From Rhizodiscina lignyota (Eukaryota), in NCBI GenBank assembly GCA_010015805.1, contig ML978123.1, forward strand, positions 558,001-622,000: a stretch of 64,000 nucleotides of DNA, written 5' to 3'. The notes beneath the pieces were generated by a model. It worked only from the letters and a program-made list of their open reading frames with translations. It was not told where the DNA came from and did no database searches. Shown here piece after piece: positions 14,302-26,642 of the stretch (its first letter is position 1; each line of letters begins with the position of its first letter). Both the position numbers and the translations under genes were made by a program.

Positions 14302-15426
14302 GTTTGCAACTGCCAGGAGAAAACTATGAAGCAATTGCTCGTGGGGTGTGACAAGATAACCACTCAAGCGAATCCCGCGATACCGGCAACGTAGGATATC
14401 TTAAGGAAACGACCCTAATTCCAGAACCTTGCGCTGGAAAATGGCTAAATGGATATGTAACTACCGATTGATTGAAACGAGTGGCGAGCTGTGGAGATCT
14501 GGGTACTCCCATGCATTTGGGATATCGGCCGCGAGCGCGCCCGCCTTCACCCAACTCAACGGATAGTGCATTGTGCTAGAGGCTAGCTTTTGCTTGAGGA
14601 CGCCATTGGATGCAACATTGGATCATGAGGCTCTCCTCATTGGGAGGTTGGATTTGAGAATGCGTCTGCAGTTCGCTGATGACAAGGTGACTTACAGGCC
14701 GTTACCCAAGCATTCCTCTTTCCAGGCCATTGATGCGATAAGGCGCTTTCAGTCGCTCTTCTTTCACCCACATTGGCGAATTGAGTGCCTGCAGCCGCAT
14801 GGGAGCAGCCGGGAATCATTCCACTAAGCGTTAGGACATTAGAACTTTTGGTGGGTCTGGGGAGAAGGTGTCGTGGGGATTGTGTGGGAACCTGCTGCTT
14901 CCGCTCCATTTCCGCGCGCTGAATTGCGGGGAAGAAGGCCGCCACACGACACGGGACGGCAAGTACATCTGGAGGCGATGATCTGCCACCTCAAAAGTTG
15001 GAAACATACCGAGGACCAAGGCGAATTGAAGAAATTGACTGGGACCTTGCAGAACTAATTACGAGCCCAGGCTCTCGGTTGAGGTTTGCTTAAGGTTGTC
15101 GGTCAAGCTTCTCCCAGGATACGAGATGGAGGCGCCGAAGCACCTATGACGAGGTCCGAGATTCGCGTACGACAACGCACTTGATGGGACAGGCTCAAAT
15201 CGCAATCCGAAACTCGACCATTGAGGTTATGCTGGTGTCCTATGTGGGTGGTAGTACAGTCGAAAGCTCAGCTGATAGATGCAACGGCACTCACGACTCC
15301 CGTATCCTCTTTAAAATCAATGCTGAAACGTGTCTGAATCTCAAATGCTTTCCCTTAAACTTATGCAACCATTGTAGTTCCCAATACTGCCATGATGCTC
15401 CGAAATATGCCGTGCACCGCCGCCAA

Positions 15427-16122
15427 TCACTTGGATGCCTTCCCATCAATCCACTGCCATGCATCGTGTTCCACCTTCTGCGCGTATTTGCCCACCTCGG
15501 TAGCGGCACTCTTAACTGCACCCCAGACGCTTTCGTTCTTATCGTTCATCGCAGTCGCTTCCAATCGGGCTCTCTCGACCGCGGTTCCATCGGAGGCGTA
15601 CGGATTCTGAACGTATCCAGGAGGATGCTCAAGCGAGTGTCGTTCGTTGTCCGTCGAATCCCGCACTGGCGAGACCGGACTCGCTCCAAAGTCGATCCTT
15701 GTTGGTGACTGCACTTGACCTGTTCGAGGAGGTGGCGGGGCAGAGGACGTAGATTTGGTTGGCGTGTAGTTCGACGATGGTGGCGGGATATTCAACTGTT
15801 CGGGAGGCGGAACAGCTGAAGTCGTCGTAGTGGTAACTGTTGCTGTTACAGAAGGAGTATAGTTTGGATTCGCTCCTGGCATAGGAGGAGCCGGCCCGCC
15901 ATGAGAAGAGGAGGTAGGCGCTGGTCCCGGAATTGGTCGGGCACCTGGCTGTGGCGGCGGGGGGCCAGTGGACTGTGAAGCTGGCTGTGGAATTGTGCGT
16001 GTAGGTGCAGGAACTACATTTGAGGCTGGAACTGATCCAGACTGCCCTTCTGCTTCTGCTGTCTTTGGAGTAACGCCCTCGGGGTGCAAGGGAGCGTCCT
16101 GGAAAGTACGGATTGGTGGCAT
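15427..16122 (-). CDS. Conserved hypothetical Pro/Thr/Ser-rich fungal protein
   Basis: Intronless ORF from MPPIRTF. Low-complexity PPPPQPGARP core, SLEHPPGYVQNPYA motif and a C-terminal amphipathic segment (VWGAVKSAATEVGK...AWQWID) typical of a Pezizomycotina unknown-function family. Confidence 0.75.
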   Translation of the reverse strand: MPPIRTFQDAPLHPEGVTPKTAEAEGQSGSVPASNVVPAPTRTIPQPASQSTGPPPPQPGARPIPGPAPTSSSHGGPAPPMPGANPNYTPSVTATVTTTTTSAVPPPEQLNIPPPSSNYTPTKSTSSAPPPPRTGQVQSPTRIDFGASPVSPVRDSTDNERHSLEHPPGYVQNPYASDGTAVERARLEATAMNDKNESVWGAVKSAATEVGKYAQKVEHDAWQWIDGKASK

Positions 16123-17121
16123 TGTGAAGGTCGTTATGTTCAATTGAGCTTTGTCGTGATTGCTTGAGGCAGTAAGAGTGAAAGAAAGGTTGAATGAGTC
16201 CTACCTAAGGGTGATACGATGTTCTAGCATTTCGTCGAAGCGCGCGTCTGCCTTGCTTTGAGTGACGTACGTGAGGGTGGCCGAAAGGAAGGACAAACTG
16301 TCCTGAATGACGGCAGGGGTGATGGATCGGGAGGGCCTAAAATGGCTTAGCGAGTCTTGAAAACGTCACCGCCGCGAAGCACAGTTCCACATTTCACATT
16401 CCTGTGCACCGATGAACTATCATCTTCCAGCTAAGATACCGTGGATACCTCGCCTATGCAGGAGCTGGAACAGATCGGTTACAAAACGCCTGCAGCTTGA
16501 GCTACACTGTTTCATCTACGATGGAACTTGCAAAAGCGGCAAGGCGAGGGATCGATACGATGCTCTAGATTCCGATGAGGACGCGTGTAACTTTTCATTC
16601 TCTGGACAGCTATTTTGGCATCGAAAAGGGCAGATATTGGAGCATTGGGAGGTTTTGTACATAGGAGAAAGATGCTATAATTGATTATTGGAGTTCAGTT
16701 CGATATGTTCTCTAGCTCGAAATTGGAGAACTCTGGTTTCTTTTAGATCTACATCTATTTTAATCCGTGGTGTCGTATTGTACGTATTCTTTAGACTTGC
16801 ACGGAAATTGTAGATGGAATAAATGGATAAATGCATGATTATTCGATTAAGCTATGTACTTGTCTCGAATCTCAAGCCCCGAAGGGGAGCGGCTCTTGTG
16901 TGAGATCCTGAAGGCACAGTCTGCCGTTGGCTTGAAAAATTAACACAGTTCATATTCAGAGAGAAGCTCTTGCGATAAAAGTTACTGATTTGTTTACAAG
17001 TGAGCTCAAAACGGAAGTAGTGATGCAAGCCCCGCCAAGCCCCTTTTGAAATTTATATAGCCCCACCTCCACCTCCCTCTCAAGCCCTTTCTCTCTCGCC
17101 TTGAACTCTCTCCCAAACACA

Positions 17122-18058
17122 ATGGCACCGGGAGAATCATCCGGATTGCCAAACCACCTGGCTCCAAGCCACCTAGGCGAAAAGTGGTAGTGCGTAAGCC
17201 GTCCTGAATATTCTTAACCAACCTTCGTACCCGCCAATCCATTCGTGCTAACATCACACACCGCAACACAGCTGGGACCACCAGTACCAGAATGACCTCA
17301 TCAACCACCAAGTGAGCGCCACCTCCACCGTCGAAGAGCCCGACGAAGGCACGGTCTGGTTCTCCGACGCCAACGCCGAGCGCAAGGTCCTGGAGTTTCT
17401 GCGCACGCTCGACGATGCCGGCGAGCTGCACAAGATGCGGGCGCGCACGGGCCGGCGCGGCGAGGAGAACCTAGCGACGAGTTTTCTGGACCTGGGCACG
17501 GGGAATGGGCACATGCTGTTCGAGCTGCGGGAAGGGGAGTGGCAGGGCCGGATGGTCGGCGTCGACTATAGCCGGCTCAGCGTGGAGCTGTGCCAGGCGA
17601 TCCTGCAGCGGCGCCTGGACGAGCGCGAGGCGGCGAAAGAGGAGTTGACGGAGGAGGGGGAGGACCACGAAGACTACCTGACCGACTACGAGGACATCTG
17701 GTTTGAGCAGTACGATATCATGAAGCCGGACGATCGGCCAGAGTGCTTTCCCGCAGACGGATTCAATGTCGTGCTGGATAAGGGAACGTTTGACGCCATC
17801 TCGCTGTCTGATGAGAAGAGCCGCGACGGGAAGAGGATCGCAGAGAGGTATCCCGGGTGTATCGAGCCACTAGTCAAGGACGGCGGACTGTTTATCGTTA
17901 CGAGCTGCAACTGGACTTGCGACGAAGTGCGTTCATGGTTTGAGAACAGGGCAGGGAGCAAGTTGAAGTTTCGCCAGGCCCTCAACTACCCTACCTTCCA
18001 GTTCGGTGGGCAGAGTGGCTCGAAAGTGTGCACAGTTGTCTTCGACAAGACACCTTGA
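17122..18058 (+). CDS. EFM4: Protein-lysine N-methyltransferase EFM4/SEE1 (EEF1AKMT2/METTL10 family)
   Basis: Exon 1 MAPGESS...HLAPSHLGEKW(Y), intron 17190-17271, then WDHQYQNDL. Motifs GTVWF, FLDLGTGNGHML, GVDYS, VVLDKGTFDAISL, FIVTSCNWT and YPTFQFGGQSGSKVCTVVF are characteristic of Efm4. Confidence 0.92.
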
Positions 18059-18424
18059 GCGCTGGAGCACTTCTAGGCGGTTCATCCGTTGCTATTAATT
18101 TCACAGAGGCGGCGAACGGATTGCGAGTTGCGGGTTGTCATGCAGAAAGGCTTCAAGCAATATGGATAGGCTGTAAAATCCAGAAGTAGATACAGTGGAA
18201 GCCAAAAGAGACAGAACGCTCGCGGAAGAACCATCGCGGCATAGGATATAGTCAGAAATCGATACCCGAATTGCTCCATATCCGTCATTATATCCAGCCG
18301 ACATAAGCCAACATTCCCCCAGTTCCCAGTTCCCTTTGAATCTTGAAGCGACGAGACCCAGCCAGACCCTCCTGTGCCGACTTGTCCACAACACCTGAAC
18401 TCCGCCAGCGCCATCAGCACGCAA

Positions 18425-19925
18425 CTACCGCTGGCCTTCGTGGACCACTCTCATTGGCAAACCCATCGTCCTCTTCCACCGCTCTGGTAATGACTCCCAG
18501 ATCGCTCTTACTTCGAGCCTTCCCGCGTCACCCACCCACCACACGTCCTCAACAGCCTTTGCCGCCGCGAAGAAGTGCGCCAGTATGACCATCGCCCTCG
18601 GTCTGCCCTCCTGCACCAGGTCGATGAATCGCTGGGGTAACATCGCCGGAAAGCCCATTAGTCTCCGGCAGATGGTGAGCGGTGGCTCCCTCGCCTCGAT
18701 GGCGCCGTGGATGACGCCGATATGAGCCAACGCCTCCTCGTAGGCGCCACGGATGTCGCGGTCCCATAATTCCTCGACCATTGGGCCTGGATCGTTGAAG
18801 GACGTTTCCACAATGCCGTGTACAGCCGCATCCGGACCGAGAAGGTAGGCGGAGGCGTCGGCAAAGTCACGCGGGTATGGCAAATGGCCGTTTGCTGTCG
18901 GAATACTGGGGTACAGAGGCGTATCGAGATACTGTGGCGCGGCCTTGATAATGACAGTGCTTTTTGAGCGTGTGCAGTCCTTGATCCACGACCAGGCTTC
19001 CCGGAAGGTCTGGCCAGCTCCATGACTGATCATCAAGCGCTGAGGCAACGACGAGAACGGCGTATGGTCCATGCTGTTGCGGTAGCTGCCAGCGGTGATG
19101 GATGTCTCCGGAACGTAGCTAGTACCCAGGTTCCGGAAGGTCAGGACGGAGATTAGGATACAGGTGAGGCAAACGGGATCCGCGTTGGCGGCGTTGAGCA
19201 CGGAGATTGCGGCGTTGTGATGCCGGAGGGAGAGAACGAGGTAGCGTCGCGCGGTCGTGGTGTGTTTCGCCGCATTGTGCGGTTCGAGGATCGATAGATG
19301 GAAAGCCGAGAGGGACAGAATGGCGTAGAGTAGCGGCGGATGCTCCAGCGCAAGCGGGACGACGGAAACAGCCCAGCTGTCGCGGACAATGGCCTGATCG
19401 GCTCCCGGCAGAGTGAGTGTCGTCGCTGTCGTCCAGGTATGGAGAAGTTTTAATTCTTCGAGTCGTCGGCCGCGTGACTCCGCCGGCTCGAGGTGGTTGA
19501 TGTGGAAAGCGTCGTCACGGCCATTGCTTATGGAGGCCGTCGATTGCGTCCTGAACGACATTGGGCCATCCTGGGCGGTGTTTGCGAATACACACGGCAC
19601 TTCATGGCGCTCGCAGCCACCGCAAACGGGGTGTTTCTCATCGCACTGTCGGTTGTCAGATAGGGCTGAAGGCAAAAACGTGCTGAGGACGAAGTGATTT
19701 CCATGCACCCAATTTTGCGACGACGACGACAGAAACGGACGGATGGCAGAACAAATCGCGACAAGATTGTTTTCGAAATGTTGAATATGAATTACAGTCG
19801 CTCATATGATCAGAAAGAGGCGCACGACATACCTTTACTCTGCGCTGCTTGCATCTTAAGCAGCCCGTCTTCGATTTCTTGTGATTCAAGCGCGGCGGCC
19901 TTCTCTTCGTCGGCGGCGCATTCAT
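18425..19925 (-). CDS. Zn(II)2Cys6 transcription factor, Upc2/sterol-uptake-control-like
   Basis: HKKSKTGCLRCKQRRVK, intron 19646-19832, then CDEKHPVCGGCERHEVPC. Downstream ELKLLHTW, LLYAILSLSAFHL and FIDLVQEGRPRAMVILAHF...WWVG motifs of the Upc2-like C-terminal domain. Confidence 0.88.
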
Positions 19926-21916
19926 CGTGGTGGTCGCTGGATGCTCGCTTTCGTGAAGCAGGCCTCGGTGGATAGGGAGTAAGCTGATCCGTGGAGGCTG
20001 CCCGCTATGGGTTCCTGGAGTATGTAACTGATCTCGGTCTCGGTCTCGCAAAGCGGTCGCAGGCAGTACGGGAAGGAGGGGACGTCGCGACCGCGGCGCA
20101 AAAAGCTCAGGAAAACTGGACGGCCGCGCGGTCGCAGACAGGGCGGCGGCGGCGTCAATGGCAGCAGCGCGCTCGAGGGGAGAGCAGGCCGGCTGTGAGA
20201 CGTGTGATATGACGGCGGAAGCAGTGCTGGGAGCGGGCGTGAGGGTGATTGTTCGATGCAGGAAGAGCTGGTGCTAGTGATGAAAAGAAGAGGTGCGCGA
20301 CGGCACACAGCGCGAGCCCGTATTCCCGCGCCTCTCGTCCAACCACACCCCGGCCCGCGCCAAAGCAACCAACCCGCCCCCACGGGCGTGCAGCCGCCAA
20401 AGAGCCCCCCAAATGGCCATATATCCGCATCTATAGCTGCCCATCTCTCCTATCCCCTCCGTCGTGCCAGCGACTGTCGCGTTGTGCTCTGGTGGCGCTG
20501 TACTTGTCGCTGAAAAGTCGCGCAACTCAAATATCAACGACACAGCAGCGACAGCCACCGCGCTGCTTCCATAATCACCTGTCAGCATCCGGTAAGACTT
20601 GCGTGCCCGACATTGGCTGGACTACTCCGCCTTGTCGATTCATGTTCGCGCCCTCTTCACTTGCAAATCGCCCCTCTTGACATTCATCTCCTCTTCAGCT
20701 GCCCGAGAAGTCATGATGCGCATCTCGATTCTCAGCAGTGCGATTGCTGCTTGGGATCTACGTCGTCGCTCTCTTTTCCAGTCCCGCTCTAAAGGCTGAC
20801 TGTAGCGGCCCGTCGCTGAACGATTGGGCCAGGGCGGGACAACAACGTCCTTGGAGGCTTTAGTCGACCACAGTAATTCTCCGGTCCAACGGTCGCCGCA
20901 CTGCTCCAAACGGTCGCTTTCGGCAATTGCTGTCAGGGCTCATCAAAAGTCCGTTGTCCAGTTCCGTAAGATCAGTCCTCTCGCCGACTGCTTCGACTGC
21001 TCTGCTTTCCCCAGATCGCCCTTATCACGGTCCCACAGCCCTAAGGACGCCGTGCTGTGGGGAACGGGGCGACTCCAACGTACGATCGAGTCCGGTGATT
21101 CTTCAGTGGCGTGAGTCTAGAACCGCTAGCTTCTTTGATAGTAGCACTTGGTCTGTTGCATTGTATTATGTCTATCGCTATTTTACCTAATTAGGGATAC
21201 GCTCAGGCAGTGACCCAGCTGTCCTAAGCTGCTGCTATTGTTTTCGATTGATTGATACCTCAAGCCTTGCAGAGGCTGCCGTGCATCGTAGGATTCGTGT
21301 GCCCAGGTTTGAATTGGCATTCAGTTGCCATGGCGGCGAGTCTTTCAGTTTATCGCTGGACCCTGATGTCAGCAGAGGAGACTAGTTTGTTTTCAGGATG
21401 GGACGGACGCCACATGCCACGTCCTTTCTAGAACGGCTATGTGGCAAGAGGCTCAAGAGGCTCAAAATCAAATCTTCCCTGGTTCCTGGCTGGTCTCGGA
21501 TCTACACGAGTCGATCATATCTTGTCAGCGTGGAGACACCTGGTGATGTCTAGCATCGGAATGGATCCGGCAAGAGATACGAGAATGTTTCATCGGATGG
21601 AACTTCTGGAAGGCCCGATCCCCGGAAACTCGCTTTAGTCTCTCCATGGGGCTCCAACTTGCAGGTCAGATCAAAACCTCGACGCATCGTCTTCTTGATT
21701 TTAACATTGTTACTTCTAGCAAGAAAGGGTATTGAATCGACACAGTTGCTTCACAGTTGCAAATAGCAAATAATGCCCGGAATGATCCTGACAGATCATC
21801 GGAATCGGAAATGCATACGCTCCAAATGAGATGAGCCATTAAACAGCCATGGACAGTAAGAAATTCCGAGGCTCACGTAGCAGTCCATTTAGCCGCAAAT
21901 ACTTCTCAAACCCCTT

Positions 21917-23124
21917 CTAGCGAGCTCTCATCAACTCCAAGAGTCCACTTGCCGCCCGACCCTTGACGACACTGCTCGTAAGATTCTCTTCGGATCCCAC
22001 CTCGATAACACGACTCGCCATTGGCGTCACGTGAGCTCTCGCTTTCACAGGACTTGAGACACGCGTCGTCGGTAGCGAGTGTTCCCGAACAGAAAGGTCC
22101 TTGCGTGGACTAGCACTTCCAGATGGAGGAGAAGAAGTGATGTCTGCGACACGCGAATTGATGAATCGTGAGGAGTATGCGGTTGGGCGAAGGATGGGCG
22201 CAGGTAGGAGACCAAGAGACCTCGATTTAGACTGTTCCACGCGCTTGGCGCTCGGGATAGAGACGGGTTTGACGGACAGAGCTGCAGAGTTATTTGGCTC
22301 TGCTGGTGGGATCGTTTCGCCTGTTGGATCCGAGGGCTTGTTGTCGACAACCTTAAGATGCGACAGAGGCACGTCGGTCTGATTTGTGCGTACTTTGTAC
22401 ATCGCTACGCGTAATCGCAGGCGAAGGAGCTCGACCTGCGACTTCAAGTTTGTCTCGACGACTTCGACGTGGTGATCTGCCGGCGGTGAGAGCGAAGGCC
22501 GCTGTGACTTGTCCGATGCATTGGAAGGATCATAATCAATCAGGGAAGAGAATGACCCTTTAACTGCTGTAGCCTCTAGAGAAGGTCTAAGGCCCGATCC
22601 TGTCGGTGATGGCTCTGGCTCTGGTGTATTCTCTTCCGTGGTGGACCCATCCGAAGGAACATGGAGCGACAACGGAGGCTGGAATATGTTGTTAGACCAT
22701 GTCTTTGCAGTAACCAGTGCTTTTACTGGAAGCTGACCTGAACTGTTGTGTCTTGTGTTACCCAAAGAGAGGTACGCTCTCCTGCAGTCCAGGACTCTGT
22801 CCTGCGTCTCTTCTTGAAAGCTACTGCCGTGATAGCAGTATCCAGTGGCCGCTTCTTGCCCTCAGTCCAACGCGTCTTTGCCTCTTCCTCCAGTCTGTGC
22901 TTCTCACTCAAGATATCCGCTGGCGTGACTGGTCCTGCTTTCTTCAGAGGGCTCGTAGCAGTAGGTGTTTTGACGATATCGTCGCGTGCAATAACGGGCG
23001 ATGCACGCGCGTTTGGCGTCAGTTCGCCCAAGACGCGTCGGACGGGTGACTTCATTGGAGACTGAGGAGCCATGCTTGATTGTCTAGGAGAAATGTAAAG
23101 CGCGTGTGGAGGGTTGGACGACAT
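21917..23124 (-). CDS. Whi5/Nrm1-family G1/S (MBF/SBF) transcriptional corepressor-like protein
   Basis: Two exons (intron 22679-22737) join in frame. N-terminal D-box RRVLGELTPN, GTB-like motif LLRLRLRVAMYKVRTNQ, many SP/TP sites, C-terminal LTSSVVKGRAASGLLELM. Confidence 0.75.
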
Positions 23125-23175
23125 GTTAGTATGTTTGGATTGTTGTTTTGATAGAGCTCAGGATTGCCCTAAACA

Positions 23176-23311
23176 ACGCGATTGGATCTGGGATACTCGA
23201 ACAATTGAGTGGCGGAAGCTCACTCGAAAGAACAGACACGGCTGGGAGCGAGACCAGCTACAGATACTCGAGTACAAATGTCGCGTTGAGGAGGAAGAAA
23301 ACAGTCGCGAA
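23176..23311. promoter_or_regulatory. Cluster of MCB/SCB-like CGCG elements upstream of the Whi5/Nrm1-like gene
   Basis: ACGCGA (23176-23181), TCGCGT (23281-23286) and TCGCGAA (23305-23311) lie within 190 bp of the ATG; an ATTGG (CCAAT) is adjacent at 23181. Confidence 0.45.
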
Positions 23312-23562
23312 CGGACGGTATACAAATGTCGATGTGCTAATGCGGGATCGTGAAGTGCACGGTCTCAATAGCATGCTGCAGGGTCCACAATACGGGGAGC
23401 CATAAGTGAAATTGTGGCCTTTCAGTTGTGGTCTCCCGCACTATCGAAATTGTTAACAACAGGCAGGCAAGGCGATTGCTCCCGTCTCTTCCCCACATCA
23501 CCAAGTTGACCTATCCATTGCGTTCTCCGTAGAGTCTCTGTGTTTCCTCAACCAGAAGGCTG

Positions 23563-24609
23563 ATGCTGTCTTCACTGGTGCGAATCATACCAAAGTCAGA
23601 CGAGCAGGAGCCAGATGCTGAAGACATTTTCACATCTGCGCTCGGCCTCGTCTTTACAGATGATGCGCAAAACTTCTTCGGCGATCAAGATACTCTTGTA
23701 GCATATCGGTCAAGGCGGCTTGACAAGGAATTGCTCTTTTGTACCGCAGATCCTCTTGGCGAGGTTGAACGGCGCAAGTTTGCGCATTATGTCTGGAATT
23801 CTAGCATTCTCATGGCAGAGCATATTGGTGGGAAACCAGATTCTCTTACCTGGAGAGCTCCCGACGAAAGTAACAAGAAAGCGTTCGATGAGAATGTTCA
23901 ATGGTGGCTGAATGAGGAGGAGCAGACCACATGGAATGTCACCGGAGAAAGAGTGTTGGAGCTTGGAGCTGGTCTGTGAGGAAATTACTTACTTGTATGG
24001 CTTCGGACTAACACGAAATGTTACTCAGGTGCTGGACTTGCCGGTATAATGGCACTGCTGATGCAGGCTGAAGAGGTATCATAGCTCGTCGTTTCGGGAT
24101 TTCTTAAGCATTACTGACAGCGGTGAAAGGTTGTGTTATCTGATTATCCAGCTCCAACGATTCTTGAGACGTTACGTCAAAACATTGCCGGGAACGTGCC
24201 AAATGGTCTTCAAGCAGAAAAACGAGTCCAAGTCCAAGGCCACACCTGGGGTGAGCTAGATACAGCTTTCGCCACGGCTAAAACACATCACTTCACACGT
24301 GTTTTAGCTGCAGACTGCCTTTGGATGTCGTATGAACACGCAAATCTTGTGAAGTCAATGTCTCACTTCTTGTCCCTCGACACAAAGGCTCGTGTTCATG
24401 TCATCGCCGGCTTTCATACCGGAAGAGCCAAAGTCGCAAGCTTCTTCCAGGATGTGCTATCGGCAACGGACCTGATAATTGAATCAATTTGGGAATGCAA
24501 TACGGACGGTAGAAGAAGAGCGTGGGATGCTTCAAGACCAGAAGACGATAGCGGCGAGAGGAAGAAATGGCTCATTGTTGCGGTTCTCAAACGTGGAGTA
24601 GGTGGTTGA
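23563..24609 (+). CDS. Class I SAM-dependent methyltransferase, Methyltransf_16 (EFM7/NNT1-like) family
   Basis: FAHYVWNSSILMAE; VLELGAG, intron 23972-24028, AGLAGI; intron 24076-24129; VVLSDYP, GHTWG, VLAADCLW, VIAGFHTGR, ERKKWLIVAVL. Confidence 0.88.
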
Positions 24610-25025
24610 CGAAAGAGTGCCGCGGACTCGCGCAGTTCATCCGTGGACTCGAGAGTTACACCGTACTCTTAGGTATTGATGTCATGGAGTCCTTTTCCCT
24701 TACAATTATCGTAGCGCCAGTTCTCTCATTGCGTGCTTCCGTCTTTGTTCACGAACAATGTCATGGTCAATTTGCTTTGTCCCTTTTTGAATCTCCATTG
24801 TGGGTGTTGCACCAACACTTAGTGCGTGAAATTCACCACTTGGTCAGCACTTTTAAATTCTTTTCAGAGATTACACCTTAGAACCTTCAACCACTCCCAA
24901 AACTCGCCATTTTCCGAGTTTGTCGAAGTTGTGACTCGAGATACTCGCTGAGCGCCGGACCGACCTCATCTCCTTGGACCACCCAACACCCTTACAACAC
25001 CCTCTACCCAGCCTCCTCGAACACC

Positions 25026-26642
25026 ATGGCCTTTAGCGATGACCAGTCCCGCCTCTTTGCGGTCAGCAACATGATGGATGGAACTAAAAATGCAAAGTTC
25101 AACGCCAATGGTATGATTAGAGAACCACATCATCTGACCCAGTTCTCCTACCCTTGCAAAGATCTAGTGCCTTTCAGGGGCCGTGTGGTCATCGATCTTC
25201 CCGCGAAAATGGGTATTCGTCTTGAGCCGGGCCCTCGCCCAGCCGAAGCAGATGAGTATGCCTTTTATCTCTTCTCGGCCCTGAACCAGAATGGCTACCG
25301 TAGAGCGAATCTATGGGAAGAAGCGTCGCTGGAGGAAGCGATGATTCGAGTTTCTGCGGGTCAAGGGACCACGCTCTTGGAGATGTGCACTTACAACTAC
25401 CCGAAAAGATTAATCGATCCCGAGACACGAATCGCGATTCGACGCACTACGACTTCCTCAAACAATTCAGGGCCCGAGGTCGCCCATTACCTTTTTCGCC
25501 TTCACGAGTGGAAAGAGTGCACTAGGAACGCCGACCATGCGAACGCGGCCTGGATGGTGCAGCTGGAAAACTTGCGGCTGCGCTCATCCAACCGAGCATT
25601 TTGGCATGTCCAGGCTGCCCTGGAGAGGCAGAATATCCCCGATATCCATCTCCTGTGGTGCAATGTGGAGGTGTATGGCGAAGCTGACAACGCTCACCGG
25701 GTCATTATGAAAAATGACCCCGAACGAGTTGCCTCCGTTCAAGATGCCCTGCACTACGTCTTCCCTGCAGATATAAACAGCGACGAGCCGGAAGATCATC
25801 GCTGTACAATTTGCCACGAGTTCTACCTGACGACACCGAAACGCTTCCTTATGGAGGAGAAACGAGGCCAGGAGCTACCTGTGTGGATGGACTGTGCTTG
25901 CCGCAGCCGCACCGGTAACGAGTGCCTGGCTCGATGGCTCCTGGAAAATGAGAGGCCGACTTGCCCATTCTGTCGAACTAAGATTGACATCCTCTCGCCC
26001 GCGTGGTCGGACTTTACTTTGGGCTGGGCTGCTCGTCTACCCCGCTACCATGCCAGAGAGCTAAGCTGGGCGAATTCGTACGATGTTCCATTTTCTGACG
26101 ACGATGAAGCTTTCACCCTGGTGGGACTGGGCCCACACTACGTGGACTTCATGCTAGGCGAATTCGTGCACAACGAACTGCGTCGCGCCCCAACTCGATC
26201 GGAGATTCTCAACGAAGGCGAGCAGGAACAGGACCGCTTCATCATTACAGACCCAGTGGAGGAATACAACGTTGTTAGAGATCCGGAGGAGAAAAAGCTG
26301 GCGCACCACTCTATCCACAACACCATCATGTTGTGGCATGGGCGTGACGACGTTGCAATTACACGGAAAGAGTTCTACGAGCACCTCCTTGGAGAGGTCG
26401 AGCTCTACTTGCGGGCCAACTTGGGGCAACCGAGCAATGCACCGATCGGTACCTTTACACGTCCTGGCTTTCACAAGTATCTGCAAAGGCTTTGTAGACG
26501 TGTTGCGAACGTTGCCCAGGAGGCTTCCCGGGAAGGGGTGCCTGCACATTGGGCATATGAGCTCTTGATAGCTCAGCAGGAAAGAGACGCATTGGCCGAC
26601 GAGGTCGCCGCTTACGAAGCAATCAGGCGAGCGCATGAATAG
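25026..26642 (+). CDS. Hypothetical protein with a variant RING-type zinc finger
   Basis: 538-codon ORF with a probable in-frame intron at 25111-25161. CTICHE...MDCACRSRTGNECLARWL...TCPFCR is RING-like; the rest is unrecognised. Confidence 0.7.
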   Translation: MAFSDDQSRLFAVSNMMDGTKNAKFNANGMIREPHHLTQFSYPCKDLVPFRGRVVIDLPAKMGIRLEPGPRPAEADEYAFYLFSALNQNGYRRANLWEEASLEEAMIRVSAGQGTTLLEMCTYNYPKRLIDPETRIAIRRTTTSSNNSGPEVAHYLFRLHEWKECTRNADHANAAWMVQLENLRLRSSNRAFWHVQAALERQNIPDIHLLWCNVEVYGEADNAHRVIMKNDPERVASVQDALHYVFPADINSDEPEDHRCTICHEFYLTTPKRFLMEEKRGQELPVWMDCACRSRTGNECLARWLLENERPTCPFCRTKIDILSPAWSDFTLGWAARLPRYHARELSWANSYDVPFSDDDEAFTLVGLGPHYVDFMLGEFVHNELRRAPTRSEILNEGEQEQDRFIITDPVEEYNVVRDPEEKKLAHHSIHNTIMLWHGRDDVAITRKEFYEHLLGEVELYLRANLGQPSNAPIGTFTRPGFHKYLQRLCRRVANVAQEASREGVPAHWAYELLIAQQERDALADEVAAYEAIRRAHE

